Part shown: positions 40,201 through 52,800 of the stretch, piece by piece
Numbering within the stretch: the first letter of the stretch is position 1
How the letters are laid out: each line of letters starts with the position of its first letter
Source of the DNA: Macrostomum lignano
Taxonomy: Eukaryota
Assembly: GCA_002269645.1 (NCBI GenBank)
Contig: NIVC01001761.1
Coordinates: forward strand, 124,001-188,000
Length of the DNA: 64,000 nt
Direction: 5' to 3'
Made by a program: the position numbers and the translations under genes
The notes under the pieces: model-generated
What the model saw: only the letters and a program-made list of their open reading frames with translations
What the model was told of the DNA's origin: nothing
Database searches by the model: none

Positions 40201-43200
40201 TCAGACACTTCATCCCAAACGCGGCTCACCTGCAGGCTGAACTCAAATTCCACACAAGGCTGCCGAGGCTGCTCATCCTTGGCTTCCGAGCTCAGGGGCG
40301 GCCCGGCTGCGTTTTCCAACTGACCACCGCTTGAGAACAGCCTCGGCAGAAGGTCGGCCACGTCAGAGAGCACCTGGGCAGGGCCCGACCGGAAATAATT
40401 GTTCTTTAAATGCGTCAAATAGCACATAAAAAATGAATTGGGGGGAATCCCAAAATAACTGTCGAAACGACACGAAATTTGTGAGAATCGACAATTGGTG
40501 GCACAGCTTGGCACAAATATAACTATGCCAAGCTGTGCCAATTGGCACATGTGACACAATTAAGAATCAAATTTTTAATTGTGCACTGCTGTGCCACAAC
40601 TGTGCCAGTTGTCTCAGCTATTTTTGAGTGCTTATAATTGTGCACAACTGTGCCATAAATGTACCATTTGGCACCATACGAGTAAATGTGCAGCTAGAAG
40701 CAGTTAACTAGCGCGTACTGTGCCATTTGGCGTAAATTCTCCAGACGAGTGAATTTGCAGTTTAAAGCAGTTGAACTAAGCGCATAATGTTCTATCTGAT
40801 GCTGTTACAGTTGACCCGTTAGTCAACTACGAGTTATGAAGTGTATGAAGTAGCTAACATTTTGCGAGAAGTCCTTCTCATGTTTAAATGAGGGAAGACA
40901 AATTGAAAAGAGTTGTCAATGTAAATTAAACTTTAAAATAATGTCGAGCGCGAACATAAACAGATTAAAACAGTTGGAAAAAGGGATGTTGCATAAATAC
41001 GTATATATTTAATGGGAAGTAGCAAATAGGACAAAAAACATGTATAAAACAGGAAAAAGGGGAGGCTGCGGAATTAAAAAATGCATACTAGAAGTTAACG
41101 GAAAGAAACATAACAGACAGCGGACATTGGACAGGAAACAAAAAACAACGTAATTAAAAAGCGCGGTGCATGAAAATTGTGGTGCCAGCCAAAGAGTTTA
41201 CACTTCTAATACATTTGAAACTAAAACATGCAATGTAACAAATTAACTACTGAGTCGACTACACGTGGCACAGGATTTTAATGTAACAACATGTATACAT
41301 CTAATGTATTAATTTAAAAAGCACAAACAAACAACTAGATAAAAAACAAGCAATTAGTGAAACCAACTCCAATACCTCTGTTCCCTATACTTTTCTAGTT
41401 AGACAACAAGTCTGATTCCTGGTGCTATTGTAATTTACGAGTCTGGAACTAACTATAGTAATGTAGTTGGTTACTTTATGTGGGAAAGAGCATATTTCCA
41501 GGGGAAAACAAAACCAGAAACATGAGGGAGACAGACCAAGCTAGACGGGTCCCGCATCTGCCAAACAAGTTTAGTTTTGCTAGATGCAACAGCAGATATC
41601 CCGCGCTCAGTCCTCGCGAGTGCATTAGCCGCCTCCGACTGCACAGTGTCAGTGACATTGGCAGCCGCACCTTGACGAAGTTTCTTTACAGGCAAACGTC
41701 CGGATTGCTTTTCACGCCGACTGACGGTGATGGAGCATCGGACGTAGGCCTTTTCAATCGCTTTCATTGGTTGGGATGTCGATTCCAGCCAGGTAGCAGG
41801 CGTGGCCGACCAGGCTCAGTAGCGCGACCGCTCAACGACGTTACCAAAATCTCATCGTCGCTGAAGCACCCCCGCACCATCTCGCGGAGAAGTGCATTGA
41901 GGTTGGCTGGAGTCGTTGGTTCTTGATATATCCTTACTGGCCGTGACCCTGGTCCGAGCGACGTTAGACGTAAAGGCGAAACCGATTGGCTGCAGAGGTG
42001 TTTTTTAAGGATTGAAGAGCGTTTGAGAGTAACAATAGGATATTTGCGCGATCATAAATGAAGGACTATTAATTTCTTACCGTAGTATAATTTCTTTCCA
42101 TTGTCGTCGACCAGCATGTTGTCAACTGTGACGGCTGGGTCCACGAGCTGATCTAGATGGACGGCGAGATGCTGCGTGATCTGCTGCTTTAGTTCTTTTG
42201 TAATGGCGTCAATCAAACGCAGTTGCGCCATTTTCGAGCGTCTGAGCAGATCATGCCGCAAGTTGGGAGTGAAAACCTGCCGGTCATCTGCCAAAATCGA
42301 AGCTACTGACGTCGCAGCCTCAGTGCAAGTTGCACCGGGTGTGCGTCAAACAGTTTTGTTAGGTAATTAGTAATAAAAAAGGTTATTTGAGCCAAGTGTG
42401 CCAAGAAGGACAAAGACATATAACTGTGCCAAATGTCATTGCTGTGACACAACTGGTACAATTGTAGCAAGTGTGCCAAGTGTGCCAGTCTGTTTTAATA
42501 ACCAATTAGCTATAAAAAGGATATTCGTGCCAAGTGTGCCAAGAAGGACAGTCCAAGACAGTTATATAACTGTGCTAAATGGTATAGCTGTGGCACAACT
42601 GGCACAATTGTAGCAAGTGTGCCAAGTGTGCCAATTGGTTTCATTGGCCAATTAGCAGTAAAAATACTATTTGTGTCAAGTGTGCCAAATAGGACATACA
42701 TCGACATTTACAAACTGTGCCAAATGGCATAGCTACGGCACAATTGGTACAATTGTATCAAGTGTGCCAAATATGACATACAAAGACATTTATAACTCTG
42801 TCAAAGGGCATATTTGTGGCACAACTGGCACACTTACTGTTTTTGAAAGGACAAATATTTTCGGTCGGGGGATTGGGGAGCTCAGGACTGAAAACACAGT
42901 GAGAGCCTCACTGATCGGGAATAAGCACCAGAAACACAGTGAGAGCCTCACTGACCCGGAATAAGGCCCAGAAACACAGTGAGAGCCTCACTGACCCGGA
43001 ATAAGCACCAGAAATACAGTGAGAGCCTCACTGACCCGGAATAAGGCCCAGAAACACAGTGAGAGCCTCACTGACCCGGAATAAGCACCAGAAATACAGT
43101 GAGAGCCTCACTGATCAGGAATAAGCCCCAAAAACACAGTGAGAGCCTCACTGACCCGGAATAAGCACCAGAAATACAGTGAGAGCCTCACTGATCAGTA

Positions 43201-43775
43201 ATAAGCCCCAAAAACACAGTGACAGCCTCACTGATCGGGAATAAGGCCCAGAAACACAGTGAGAGCCTCACTGACCCGGAATAAGCACCAGAAATACAGT
43301 GAGAGCCTCACTGATCAGGAATAAGCCCCAAAAACACAGTGAGAGCCTCACTGACCCGGAATAAGCACCAGAAATACAGTGAGAGCCTCACTGATCAGGA
43401 ATAAGCCCCAAAAACACAGTGAGAGCCTCACTGACCCGGAATAAGCACCAGAAACCCAACTGGATGCAGTGATCCGGGATGGCGGCTCACCCTCTCCAGC
43501 TTCGGCCTGAAGCCACCCGCCGAGTCGCCAACCGCCGCACTGGCCGGCAGCGGGTCGCTATCGTCTGTGTAGTCAAGAAATGCCTTCAGCTCTGCTGAGG
43601 TGCACACCTCCGGAGTGGCGATTAGAGCCTATCAGATGGGCGGATAGCGCACGCGATATTTGCTACTGTCAGTAGGCAAGTGTGCTGAGCAAATGAGAAA
43701 CTTTTTAACTGTAAGCATTACATTTATCTCGATTGGGACAGATTTACAGACAGACAGACAGACAGACAGACACTA

Positions 43776-43819
<44 letters not shown>

Positions 43820-46684
43820 GGACAGACAGACATACAGAAGCTACATACAGTGCAGCCCCAGACCTGCAGGAAGTCGGTCAGCAGGCCGATTCTCCTGGCG
43901 ATGCGAGTCTCGTGCATCTCTCCGACCACCAGACGGGATTTGAAGTCGGGGCCGCGCACCGACTGCAGGCGGTCCCGATAGCCCCTGTGGGCGCACAGGT
44001 CTTTGTAGAGCCCGGCGAACTGCTTGTAGCGACGCTTCACAACCCGCTGACGGGAGACGGCGGACTTGGACGCCGGTGGCTGCTGCTGCCTGCTGCGATC
44101 CACGTCGGAGTACCAGGCGAGATACTGCGGCGGGGGAGGAGCGGAGAGCGGATGAAAACAGAATTTAACTGCTGTACGAGCTAAACAATTGTTTCAAATG
44201 TACTTTTCGATAAGGTGCAGCTGCACTAATCAAAGCGTTATTGTGTACTTTTCGATGAGTACAGCTGCACTAATCAAAGTGCTAATGTATACTTATCGAT
44301 GAGTACAGCTGCACTAATCAAAGTGCTAATGTATACTTATCGATGAGTACAGCTGCACTAATCAAAGTGCTAATGTATACTTATCGATGAGTACAGCTGC
44401 ACTAATCAAAGTGCTAATGTATACTTATCGATGAGTACAGCTGCACTAATCAAAGTGCTAATGTATACTTATCGATGAGTACAGCTGCACTAATCAAAGT
44501 GCTAATGTATACTTATCGATGAGTACAGCTGCACTAATCAAAGTGCTAATGTATACTTATCGATGAGTACAGCTGCACTAATCAAAGTGCTAATGTATAC
44601 TTATCGATGAGTACAGCTGCACTAATCAACGCGTTCATGTGTACTTAATGTGTAAAAAACCTCTGGCATGCCTACCTTGATAATATACAAGGTGTACGCC
44701 TTGCCCTTCCTGTCAATCACTTTCTCGGTGCCAACAATGACGATGTTCTCAAATGGTCGATGCCTGAGGGCGGCATGAGCGGCAGCGGCAGCTTCAACGC
44801 CGGAAATGTTGCCCACAGAAGCGCCTGAGGAGTGCGGGTGGCTTGCGTTGCCAAGGACAACTCCCACATTTGCACACTGCCTGTCTGCCCCACCTTTCAC
44901 TCACTGGCACTGGACTTGAGGCGGACCTCCGCACTCACAGCCGCATGCGCGGTTTCCCCAGAGGTGCCACTGGTGCTGGAAGACTTTGTTCTCCGCCTGT
45001 GGCTGGCCGATGAGAACAGCTGACTCATCGATCCCTCGTCATTGTCGCAGCCTTGGACACGTCCAGCCGGGCCGTCAGGATCTTCAGTGCGGTGCAGCGC
45101 AGACAGCGAGGGGATGCTGCCGCGGACCGGCATCCCGAGCGGCGCTGCCTGCGCCTTGACGTGGAAGACGGGGTGGGGAGGGTGAATTGCAGAGCTCAGT
45201 GTGCAGCATCTGCCTGCAGTTCATGGCCGCAGCCACAGCTGCAGCATCTGCCTGCAGTTCATGGCCCCAGCCACAGCTGCATCATCTGCCTGCAGTTCAT
45301 GGCCCCAGCCACAGCTGCGGAATTTGCCTGCAGTTCATGGCCCTAGCCACAGCTCAGTGTGCAGCACCTGCCTGCAGTTCATGGCCCCAGCCACAGCTCA
45401 GTGTGCAGCACCTGCCTGCAGTTCATGGCCCCAGCCACAGCTCAGTGTGCAGCACCTGCCTGCAGTTCATGGCCCCAGCCACAGCTGCAGCATCTGCCTG
45501 CAGTCCATGGCCCCAGCCACAGCTGCAGCATCTGCTCACCTCAATCCACCTGTCACCGGCCGCTCCATCTTCAGCGCAGCCGTCCCAGCCGCAGTCGCCA
45601 GGCAGGTCGAACACAACGGCAGGTCTGTCGCCGAGTTCCGGCGGTCGCAGCGGGCAGCAGGAGGGCAGCTGTGCGGCGCGCGCCAGGGCAGGTCGGCACA
45701 GCCGGTAGCACAGCGAGTGCAGCAGCAGCTGCCGCAGGGGACCGCAGGCGGCCTCCTGCGGCGGCAGCAGGTGGGTGAGGCCGGTGTTCACGGCAGCTGC
45801 GAGGTGAAGAAGGGGTCGGGGCTCGGCCTGTACGGGAGCCACTCGAGCAAAAAATGCGGCCATTGGCTTGGGGTGGGAAACCCTGGCGGCATGCCTTTGC
45901 GACACCATCCATTTCTGCTCATCTCACCGAATCCTGAGCATTTAAGAGCACGCCAGATAATCCCGTAAACCAGATAATCTCACTAACCAGATAACCCAAT
46001 AATCCCATAAACCAGTTAATCCAATAAAGCCGATAATTCCACAAACAAGACAATCCCATAAACCCGATAATCCCATAAACCCGATAATCCCATAAACCCG
46101 ATAATCTCACCAGTCAGCAGCCCCGCCGACTCCTCCGAGCAGAGGTCGGGCCAGCAGTCGGCCAGCAGCCGCCCGCCGCTCTCCCCTTCGCCCTCATCGA
46201 TGGCGCGGAAGCGAGCCGCCAGGAAGCGACACGCCAGCCGCAGCAGGCGAGCCGCCAGCGCGGGCCGCCCGCAGGCCTCCAGCCGGGCCAGCAGGCCGTC
46301 AGCTGCGCAGTCGACGGCCCGGCGGGCTTCGCCGAGTGTCCGGGCCAGCTCCGGACTGTCCGGCCCTGCGGACAGCGGGCGCAGCCAGGAGGCCAGGCAG
46401 GCCTCAAGAATCTCCGACTTCAACGACTCGACGGACCGACGCAGCTCGGCCTCGCGGTGGCGGCGCAGCACGGAGGACGGCGGCGCCTCTGCGTTGGAGA
46501 TGAGGCAGCGGAGCAGCCGCTCCCAGGACTGGCCTTCATCGGCGAGGGCGAAAGCGACAGCGGCTGCCAGCAGGGTGATGGCGGCGAGGAAGATGGGCGA
46601 GCCCTGCCAGAGCAGCCGCAGCGCCGAAGCCACCGACATCAGCCCGCAGGCCTTCAAGAGAAGCTGCTGGTCCTTATTCATCAT
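37260..46684 (-). CDS. SNX19: Sorting nexin 19-like (N-terminal TM, PXA, PX, PXC; no RGS seen), 10 exons, about 769 aa
   Basis: Exons (minus): 46684-46111, 45796-45557, 45144-44905, 44824-44676, 44124-43864, 43628-43491, 40373-40230, 39522-39459, 38926-38740, 37572-37260, phase-consistent; the exon 2/3 junction is tentative. PX: FENIVIVGTE...YTLYIIKY...VKRRYKQFAGL...VRGP...RIARRIGLLTDFLQALIATPEVCTSAELKAFL. Confidence 0.82.
37625..38560. repeat. 16-bp minisatellite ACAGGTCACTAATCCC with a longer GCCGGAGTC-containing variant, SNX19 last intron
   Basis: Direct inspection. Confidence 0.95.
38950..39435. repeat. 36-bp minisatellite AAGACATGTTTCAAGAAGTGGGTCGAGAGCTGGTTA, SNX19 intron
   Basis: Direct inspection. 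Confidence 0.95.
39605..39815. repeat. 21-bp minisatellite CTACAGCCGACTCTACCAAAT, SNX19 intron
   Basis: Direct inspection. Confidence 0.9.
40384..42869. mobile_element. DNA transposon (CCC...GGG ends, 2-bp GG TSD, TGTGCCA subterminal repeats; CMC/EnSpm-like by inference) in an SNX19 intron
   Basis: Imperfect 24-bp TIR CCCGACCGGAAATAATTGTTCTTT / CCCGACCGAAAATATTTGTCCTTT (3 mismatches). Dense TGTGCCA/TGGCACA motifs at about 40490-40730 and 42380-42830. Internal minus-strand coding remnants. Confidence 0.72.
41660..41960 (-). pseudogene. Degenerate BEN-domain-like coding remnant inside the 40384-42869 element
   Basis: Manual translation: EPTPANLNALLREMVRGCFSDDEILVTSLSGRATEPGRPRLLP, then a shifted frame WLESTSQPMKAIEKAYVRCSITVSRREK. 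This resembles the BEN pattern (L..LF..E.L..S.LSG....K..LDP ... I..KCR) by eye only. Confidence 0.4.
42885..43455. repeat. 40-bp minisatellite with an internal hairpin CAGTGAG-AGC-CTCACTG, SNX19 intron
   Basis: Direct inspection, about 14 copies. Confidence 0.95.
44210..44628. repeat. 44-bp minisatellite CGATGAGTACAGCTGCACTAATCAAAGTGCTAATGTATACTTAT, SNX19 intron
   Basis: Direct inspection. Confidence 0.95.
45190..45535. repeat. 37/44-bp minisatellite GCAGCATCTGCCTGCAGTTCATGGCCCCAGCCACAGCT, SNX19 intron
   Basis: Direct inspection. Confidence 0.9.
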
Positions 46685-46724
46685 GGCATCCGCATTGCCG
46701 CAGGTTGCACTGCAAGAACGTCCG

Positions 46725-48660
46725 GATTCTGTAGGGGTTGATTGGCGATTCTGTAGGGGCTGATTGGCGATTCTGTAGGGGCTGAGTGGCGATTCTGTAG
46801 GGACTGATTGGCGATTCTGTAGGGGCTGATTGGCGATTCTGTAGGGGCTGAGTGGCGATTCTGTAGGGGCTGAGTGGCGATTCTGTAGGGGCTGAGTGGC
46901 GATTCTGTAGGGACTGAATGGCGATTCTGTAGGGGCTGAGTGGCGATTCTGTAGGGGCTGAGTGGCGATTCTGTAGGGGCTGAGTGGCGATTCTGTAGGG
47001 GCTGAATGGCGATTCTGTAGGGACTGATTGGCGATTCTGTAGGGGTTGATTGGCGATTCTGTAGGGGCTGATTGGCGATTCTGTAGGGGCTGAGTGGCGA
47101 TTCTGTAGGGACTGAGTGGCGATTCTGTAGGGACTGATTGGCGATTCTGTAGGGGCTGAGTGGCGATTCTGTAGGGACTGAATGGCGATTCTGTAGGGGC
47201 TGAGTGGCGATTCTGTAGGGGCTGAGTGGCGATTCTGTAGGGACTGAGTGGCGATTCTGTAGGGGCTGAATGGCGATTCTGTAGGGGCTGAATGGCGATT
47301 CTGTAGGGGGTGATTGGCGATTCTGTAGGGGCTGAGTGGCGATTCTGTAGGGACTGATTGGCGATTCTGTAGGGGGTGATTGGCGATTCTGTAGGGGTTG
47401 ATTGGCGATTCTGTAGGGGCTGATTGGCGATTCTGTAGGGGCTGAGTGGCGATTCTGTAGGGACTGAGTGGCGATTCTGTAGGGGCTGATTGGCGATTCT
47501 GTAGGGGCTGAGTGGCGATTCTGTAGGGGCTGATTGGCGATTCTGTAGGGGCTGAGTGGCAATTCTGTAGGGGCTGAGTGGCGATTCTGTAGGGGCTGAG
47601 TGGCGATTCTGTAGGGGCTGAGTGGCGATTCTGTAGGGGGTGATTGGCGATTCTGTAGGGGCTGAGTGGCGATTCTGTAGGGGCTGAATGGCGATTCTGT
47701 AGGGGCTGAGTGGCGATTCTGTAGGGACTGATTGGCGATTCTGTAGGGGCTGATTGGCGATTCTGTAGGGGCTGATTGGTGATTCTGTAGTTGCTGAGTG
47801 GCGATTCTGTAGGGGCTGAGTGGCGATTCTGTAGGGATTGATTGGCGATTCTGTAGGGGCTGATTGGCGATTCTGTAGGGGCTGAGTGGCGATTCTGTAG
47901 GGACTGAGTGGCGATTCTGTAGGGACTGATTGGCGATTCTGTAGGGGCTGATTGGCGATTCTGTAGGGGCTGAGTGGCGATTCTGTAGGGGCTGAGTGGC
48001 GATTCTGTAGGGACTGATTGGCGATTCTGTAGGGGCTGATTGGCGATTCTGTAGGGGCTGAGTGGCGATTCTGTAGGGGCTGAGTGGCGATTCTGTAGGG
48101 ACTGAATGGCGATTCTGTAGGGGCTGAGTGGCGATTCTGTAGGGGCTGAATGGCGATTCTGTAGGGGCTGAATGGCGATTCTGTAGGGGCTGATTGGTGA
48201 TTCTGTAGGGGCTGAGTGGCGATTCTGTAGGGGCTGAGTGGCGATTCTGTAGGGGCTGAGTGGCGATTCTGTAGGGGCTGAGTGGCGATTCTGTAGGGGC
48301 TGAGTGGCGATTCTGTAGGAGCTGAGTGGCGATTCTGTAGGGGCTGAGTGGCGATTCTGTAGGGGCTGAGTGGCGATTCTGTAGGGGCTGAGTGGCGATT
48401 CTGTAGGGACTGATTGGCGATTCTGTAGGGGTTGATTGGCGATTCTGTAGGGGCTGATTGGCGATTCTGTAGGGGCTGAGTGGCGATTCTGTAGGGACTG
48501 AGTGGCGATTCTGTAGGGACTGATTGGCGATTCTGTAGGGGCTGATTGGCGATTCTGTAGGGACTGAATGGCGATTCTGTAGGGGCTGAGTGGCGATTCT
48601 GTAGGGGCTGATTGGCGATTCTGTAGGGGCTTATTGGCGATTCTGTAGGGGCTGAGTCGT
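46725..48660. repeat. 22-bp minisatellite GATTCTGTAGGGGCTGATTGGC, about 88 copies; sense (minus) unit contains CCCCTACAG|AATC
   Basis: Direct inspection; accounts for the 919/711/293-aa track ORFs. Confidence 0.97.
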
Positions 48661-49116
48661 AATTCTGTAAGTTCTGAGCAAAGTTTAAATGACCAATTGC
48701 AGAATCCATGAACCATTCCAATTGACTCGCAGGGCTGGTGGCTTGCAGACAGCAGCAGATGTATAGAAATACCAAATAATGATTTTACTGTAGTTGTATT
48801 TAAAATCATCTAATTAAAAATTTAAATACATATTTATGGAAAGAACAGTCTGTACAATTGATTTCTGACTCAGATAATCTTTAACCGAAATTATACATCT
48901 GTATTAAACAATTACGAGCGTATATAAAAGAGAATCACACAGCTATCAGTTTGCAATATCAATGTAGAAATGACCAATCAATAAAAAGTCAGAGCAATCG
49001 ATACAAGTTGATGTAGTGATAATATTTCTAAACTAAATAATTAGAGTAGTGCTTGGAATATGCAAAAGTTTTCATAATAACCAACACTCACAGTTTGACA
49101 CACCAGCTTGTTTAGC

Positions 49117-49118
<2 letters not shown>

Positions 49119-49167
<49 letters not shown>

Positions 49168-49188
49168 GTCTGTCTGTCTATCTTTCTA

Positions 49189-49247
<59 letters not shown>

Positions 49248-49268
49248 GTCTGTCTGTCTATCTTTCTA

Positions 49269-49335
<67 letters not shown>

Positions 49336-49356
49336 GTCTGTCTGTCTATCTTTCTA

Positions 49357-49439
<83 letters not shown>

Positions 49440-49468
49440 GTCTGTCTGTCTGTCTGTCTATCTTTCTA

Positions 49469-49543
<75 letters not shown>

Positions 49544-49592
49544 GTCTGTCTATCTGTCTGTCTGTCTGTCTGACTGCCTGTCTATCTTTCTA

Positions 49593-49643
<51 letters not shown>

Positions 49644-49682
49644 GTCTGTCTATCTGTCTGTCTGTCTGTCTGTCTGTCTGAC
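49119..49682. repeat. (TCTG)n/(TCTA)n compound microsatellite
   Basis: Direct inspection; a related (GACA)n tract lies at about 43745-43830. Confidence 0.97.
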
Positions 49683-49850
49683 TGCCAAGACTGGTTCCTG
49701 TCCTCTACAGCTCATTAGCTAGCCTATTTAGACCAAGGCTAGAGCTGGGCTGATCAGGATTTCTACTCTGCAACACACTCGCACTACACTACTATCCAGT
49801 TATCAGTAGACAAACTTTGACAAAGACTAAAAGGCAAGGCTGTGACACAG

Positions 49851-52800
49851 TCAGTAGCACATGCCAGCACAGGCTGGACAGTCAGTGTCGGCAACTGCGG
49901 CAGCCTCGCTGCCCTGGCGGCACTCCGCATGGAAGTAGTGGCCGCAGTTGAACAGCAGCAGGTGCGCCTCGCCGGCGTCAGGCGGGGCCTCCCCCATCCG
50001 CCTGGCAACCAGCAGGGGAGTTCGGCAGCGAACGCACAGATTGCTGCTGGGACTCACAGACATTGGGCGGCGGGCGAACGCGATCTGGGAATTTATAAAT
50101 TGTACGGGATTTGGGCTGTTGCCTATGTCACTGAGACCTATTCTCTAATCTCACTGAGACCTATTCTCTGATCTCACTGAGACCTATTCTCTAATCTCAC
50201 TGAGACCTATTCTCTAATCTCACTGAGACCTATTCTCTGATCTCACTGAGACCTATTCTCTAATCTCACTGAGACATATTCTCTTATCTCACTGAGACCT
50301 ATTCTCTAATCTCACTGAGACCTATTCTCTAATCTGACTAGTCCAAACATCCGTGATTCCCCGTACGAGCGTGAAAGCCCACCTGCTTGTGAATGAGGTT
50401 CTGGCAGTCCTGAGACTGGATGGTGGCGCAGCCCTGGGTGAGAGCGGTGCCAACCCGGTAGTCGCTGAGCAGCTTCACAATGGAGTTTCTGAGGCCGGGC
50501 ACCACCATGCCGGGCTGGATCTTGTGGATGAGGATGGCCGGGTCCACCTCGCTGCCAGAGTTCTCCAGCAGGGTGGTGATCAGCCTGGGCCTGTCGCTGG
50601 CGGCCTCGGCGGCGGCCATCCACAGCTCCGGGTCCGCTTCGTCGCGGCAGAATTGCACCTGAGAGACGCGAGTTCGAAAGCGATTTTCGAATTCTTCGAA
50701 GAATATGAAAAAAGGTAAGGAAATTCACCCACCACTCGGTCGAACTGCTGCTCATCCAGAAGCAGGTTCAGGGCGTCCCGCCGCCGGCCCATCCTGGCCA
50801 GGATGTACACGGTCTCCTCCGTGAGCTGCCGGTCAGCGCACAGCGCCAGCGCCAGCTCGTACTTGAAGCCGCTCGACGAGCGCAGGAACGGCAGCAGCTT
50901 CTGCCTGGCGTGGTCGGCGTACAGCTCCACCATCTTGTCCGCGTGCTTCTCCACCCTGGCCGGGTCCTTCAAGTGCACAGCGTCCAGATAGTCGCAGAGC
51001 AGGCCGGAATTCGATGACAGCTCGGAGATGATGGAGCTGATGGAGAAGCCAGCCTGCCATTGAGAACAGGTACAATTACAGCCATATTTACAGTCACAAT
51101 TACAGCCATATTTACAGTCACAATTACAGCCATATTTACAGTCACAATTACAGCCATATTTACAGTCACAATTACAGCCATATTTACAGTAACAATTACA
51201 GCCATATTTACAGTCACAACTACAGCCATATTTACAGTCACAATTACAGCCATATTTACAGTCACAATTACAGCCATATTTACAGTCACAATTACAGCCA
51301 TATTTACAGTAACAACTACAGCCATATTTACAGTCACAATTACAGCCATATTTACAGTCACAACTACAGCCATATTTACAGTCACAATTACAGCCATATT
51401 TACAGTCACAATTACAGCCGTATTTACAGTCACAATTACAGCCATATTTACAGTCACAATTACAGCCATATTTACAGTCACAATTACAGCCATATTTACA
51501 GTCACAACTACAGCCAAATCTCCAATTTCTCCGCTCCCCTACAATTACAGCCAAATTACAGCCAAATTACAGCCAAATTACAGCCAAATTACAGCCAAAT
51601 TACAGGCACAACTACAGCCAATTTCATCTGAGCGACCTGATCATCCAGCAGCATCTGCAGGGTCCGCTCCCGGTTGATGTTGAACAGCAGTGGCAGTTTG
51701 TTCACCACGTGGCTGTGCAGGCGGTGCCGCCGCACCAGAGCGAATGCGTCGCAGCTGCGCAGCTTGAGCAGGATGCTCAGCGTCTTCTCGTGCTCACCGA
51801 CAGCTCGTACAGCCGGGCCAGACAGCGGTTCAGAATTTGGTCGTTCGGCTGCCGGCTCAGGTCCTCAGCCACCACCTGGGCGGTTCGGGACAGCAAAAAA
51901 GTAGGGAAAAGCTTAGTCAATGCTGTCAGTTGATTGCTTAATCATTTAGATTTCAGCTCACCCGAGTCACAGCTCGAACGCTAAACAGGTTGCTAGGCCA
52001 GGAGTTAATAAGCTCGAGGAACTGCTCTCTGTCGGTTTTGAACACTTCGTTTAGCACCAAGTCGTACACGCTGGTGTCCAGCTGGGGCTTGGATTTCGGC
52101 AGGTGTCTACAGGTGAGTTTTGAATACAGCATTATTAACACCACACCACTCCCAATGTGTACACTGTGGCCCAACCCACTCCTAATGTGGTTCTGTCTCA
52201 GCCACCCCACACTCCCAATGCCCCAGCCACCCCGCTCCCAATGCCCCAGCCACCCCACTCCCAATGCCCCAGCCACCCCGCTCCCAATGCCCCAGCCACC
52301 CCACTCCCAATGCCCCAGCCAGCCCACTCCCAATGCCCCAGCCACCCCACTCCCAATGCCCCAGCCAGCCCACTCCCAATGCCCCAGCCACCCCGCTCCC
52401 AATGCCCCAGCCAGCCCACTCCCAATGCCCCAGCCACCCCACTCCCAATGCCCCAGCCACCCCGCTCCCAATGCCCCAGCCACCCCACTCCCAATGCCCC
52501 AGCCAGCCCACTCCCAATGCCCCAGCCAGCCCACTCCCAATGCCCCAGCCACCCCGCTCCCAATGCCCCAGCCACCCCACTCCCAATGCCCAGCCAGCCC
52601 ACTCCCAATGCCCCAGCCACCCCACTCCCAATGCCCCAGCCACCCCACTCCCAATGCCCCAGCCAGCCCACTCCCAATGCCCCAGCCACCCCACTCCCAA
52701 TGCCCCAGCCAGCCCACTCCCAATGCCCCAGCCACCCCGCTCCCAATGCCCCAGCCACCCCACCCAGCTTCAGGACGAACCTGGCCAGCGCACTGGTGCA

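Noticed and set aside
42885-43455. CRISPR-like palindromic repeats
   Set aside because: There are no unique spacers and no cas genes, the context is a eukaryotic intron, and the intervening segments recur.
45929-45934. Possible 6-nt microexon (CAG|GATTCG|GTGAGA) in SNX19 intron 1
   Set aside because: It is not needed for phase and cannot be supported without RNA reads.
46016-48809. 919-, 711- and 293-aa ORFs with SAPTESPLSPYRIA repeats (mucin-like appearance)
   Set aside because: They are stop-free frames of the 22-bp array; only 46684-46111 has SNX19-like coding character.
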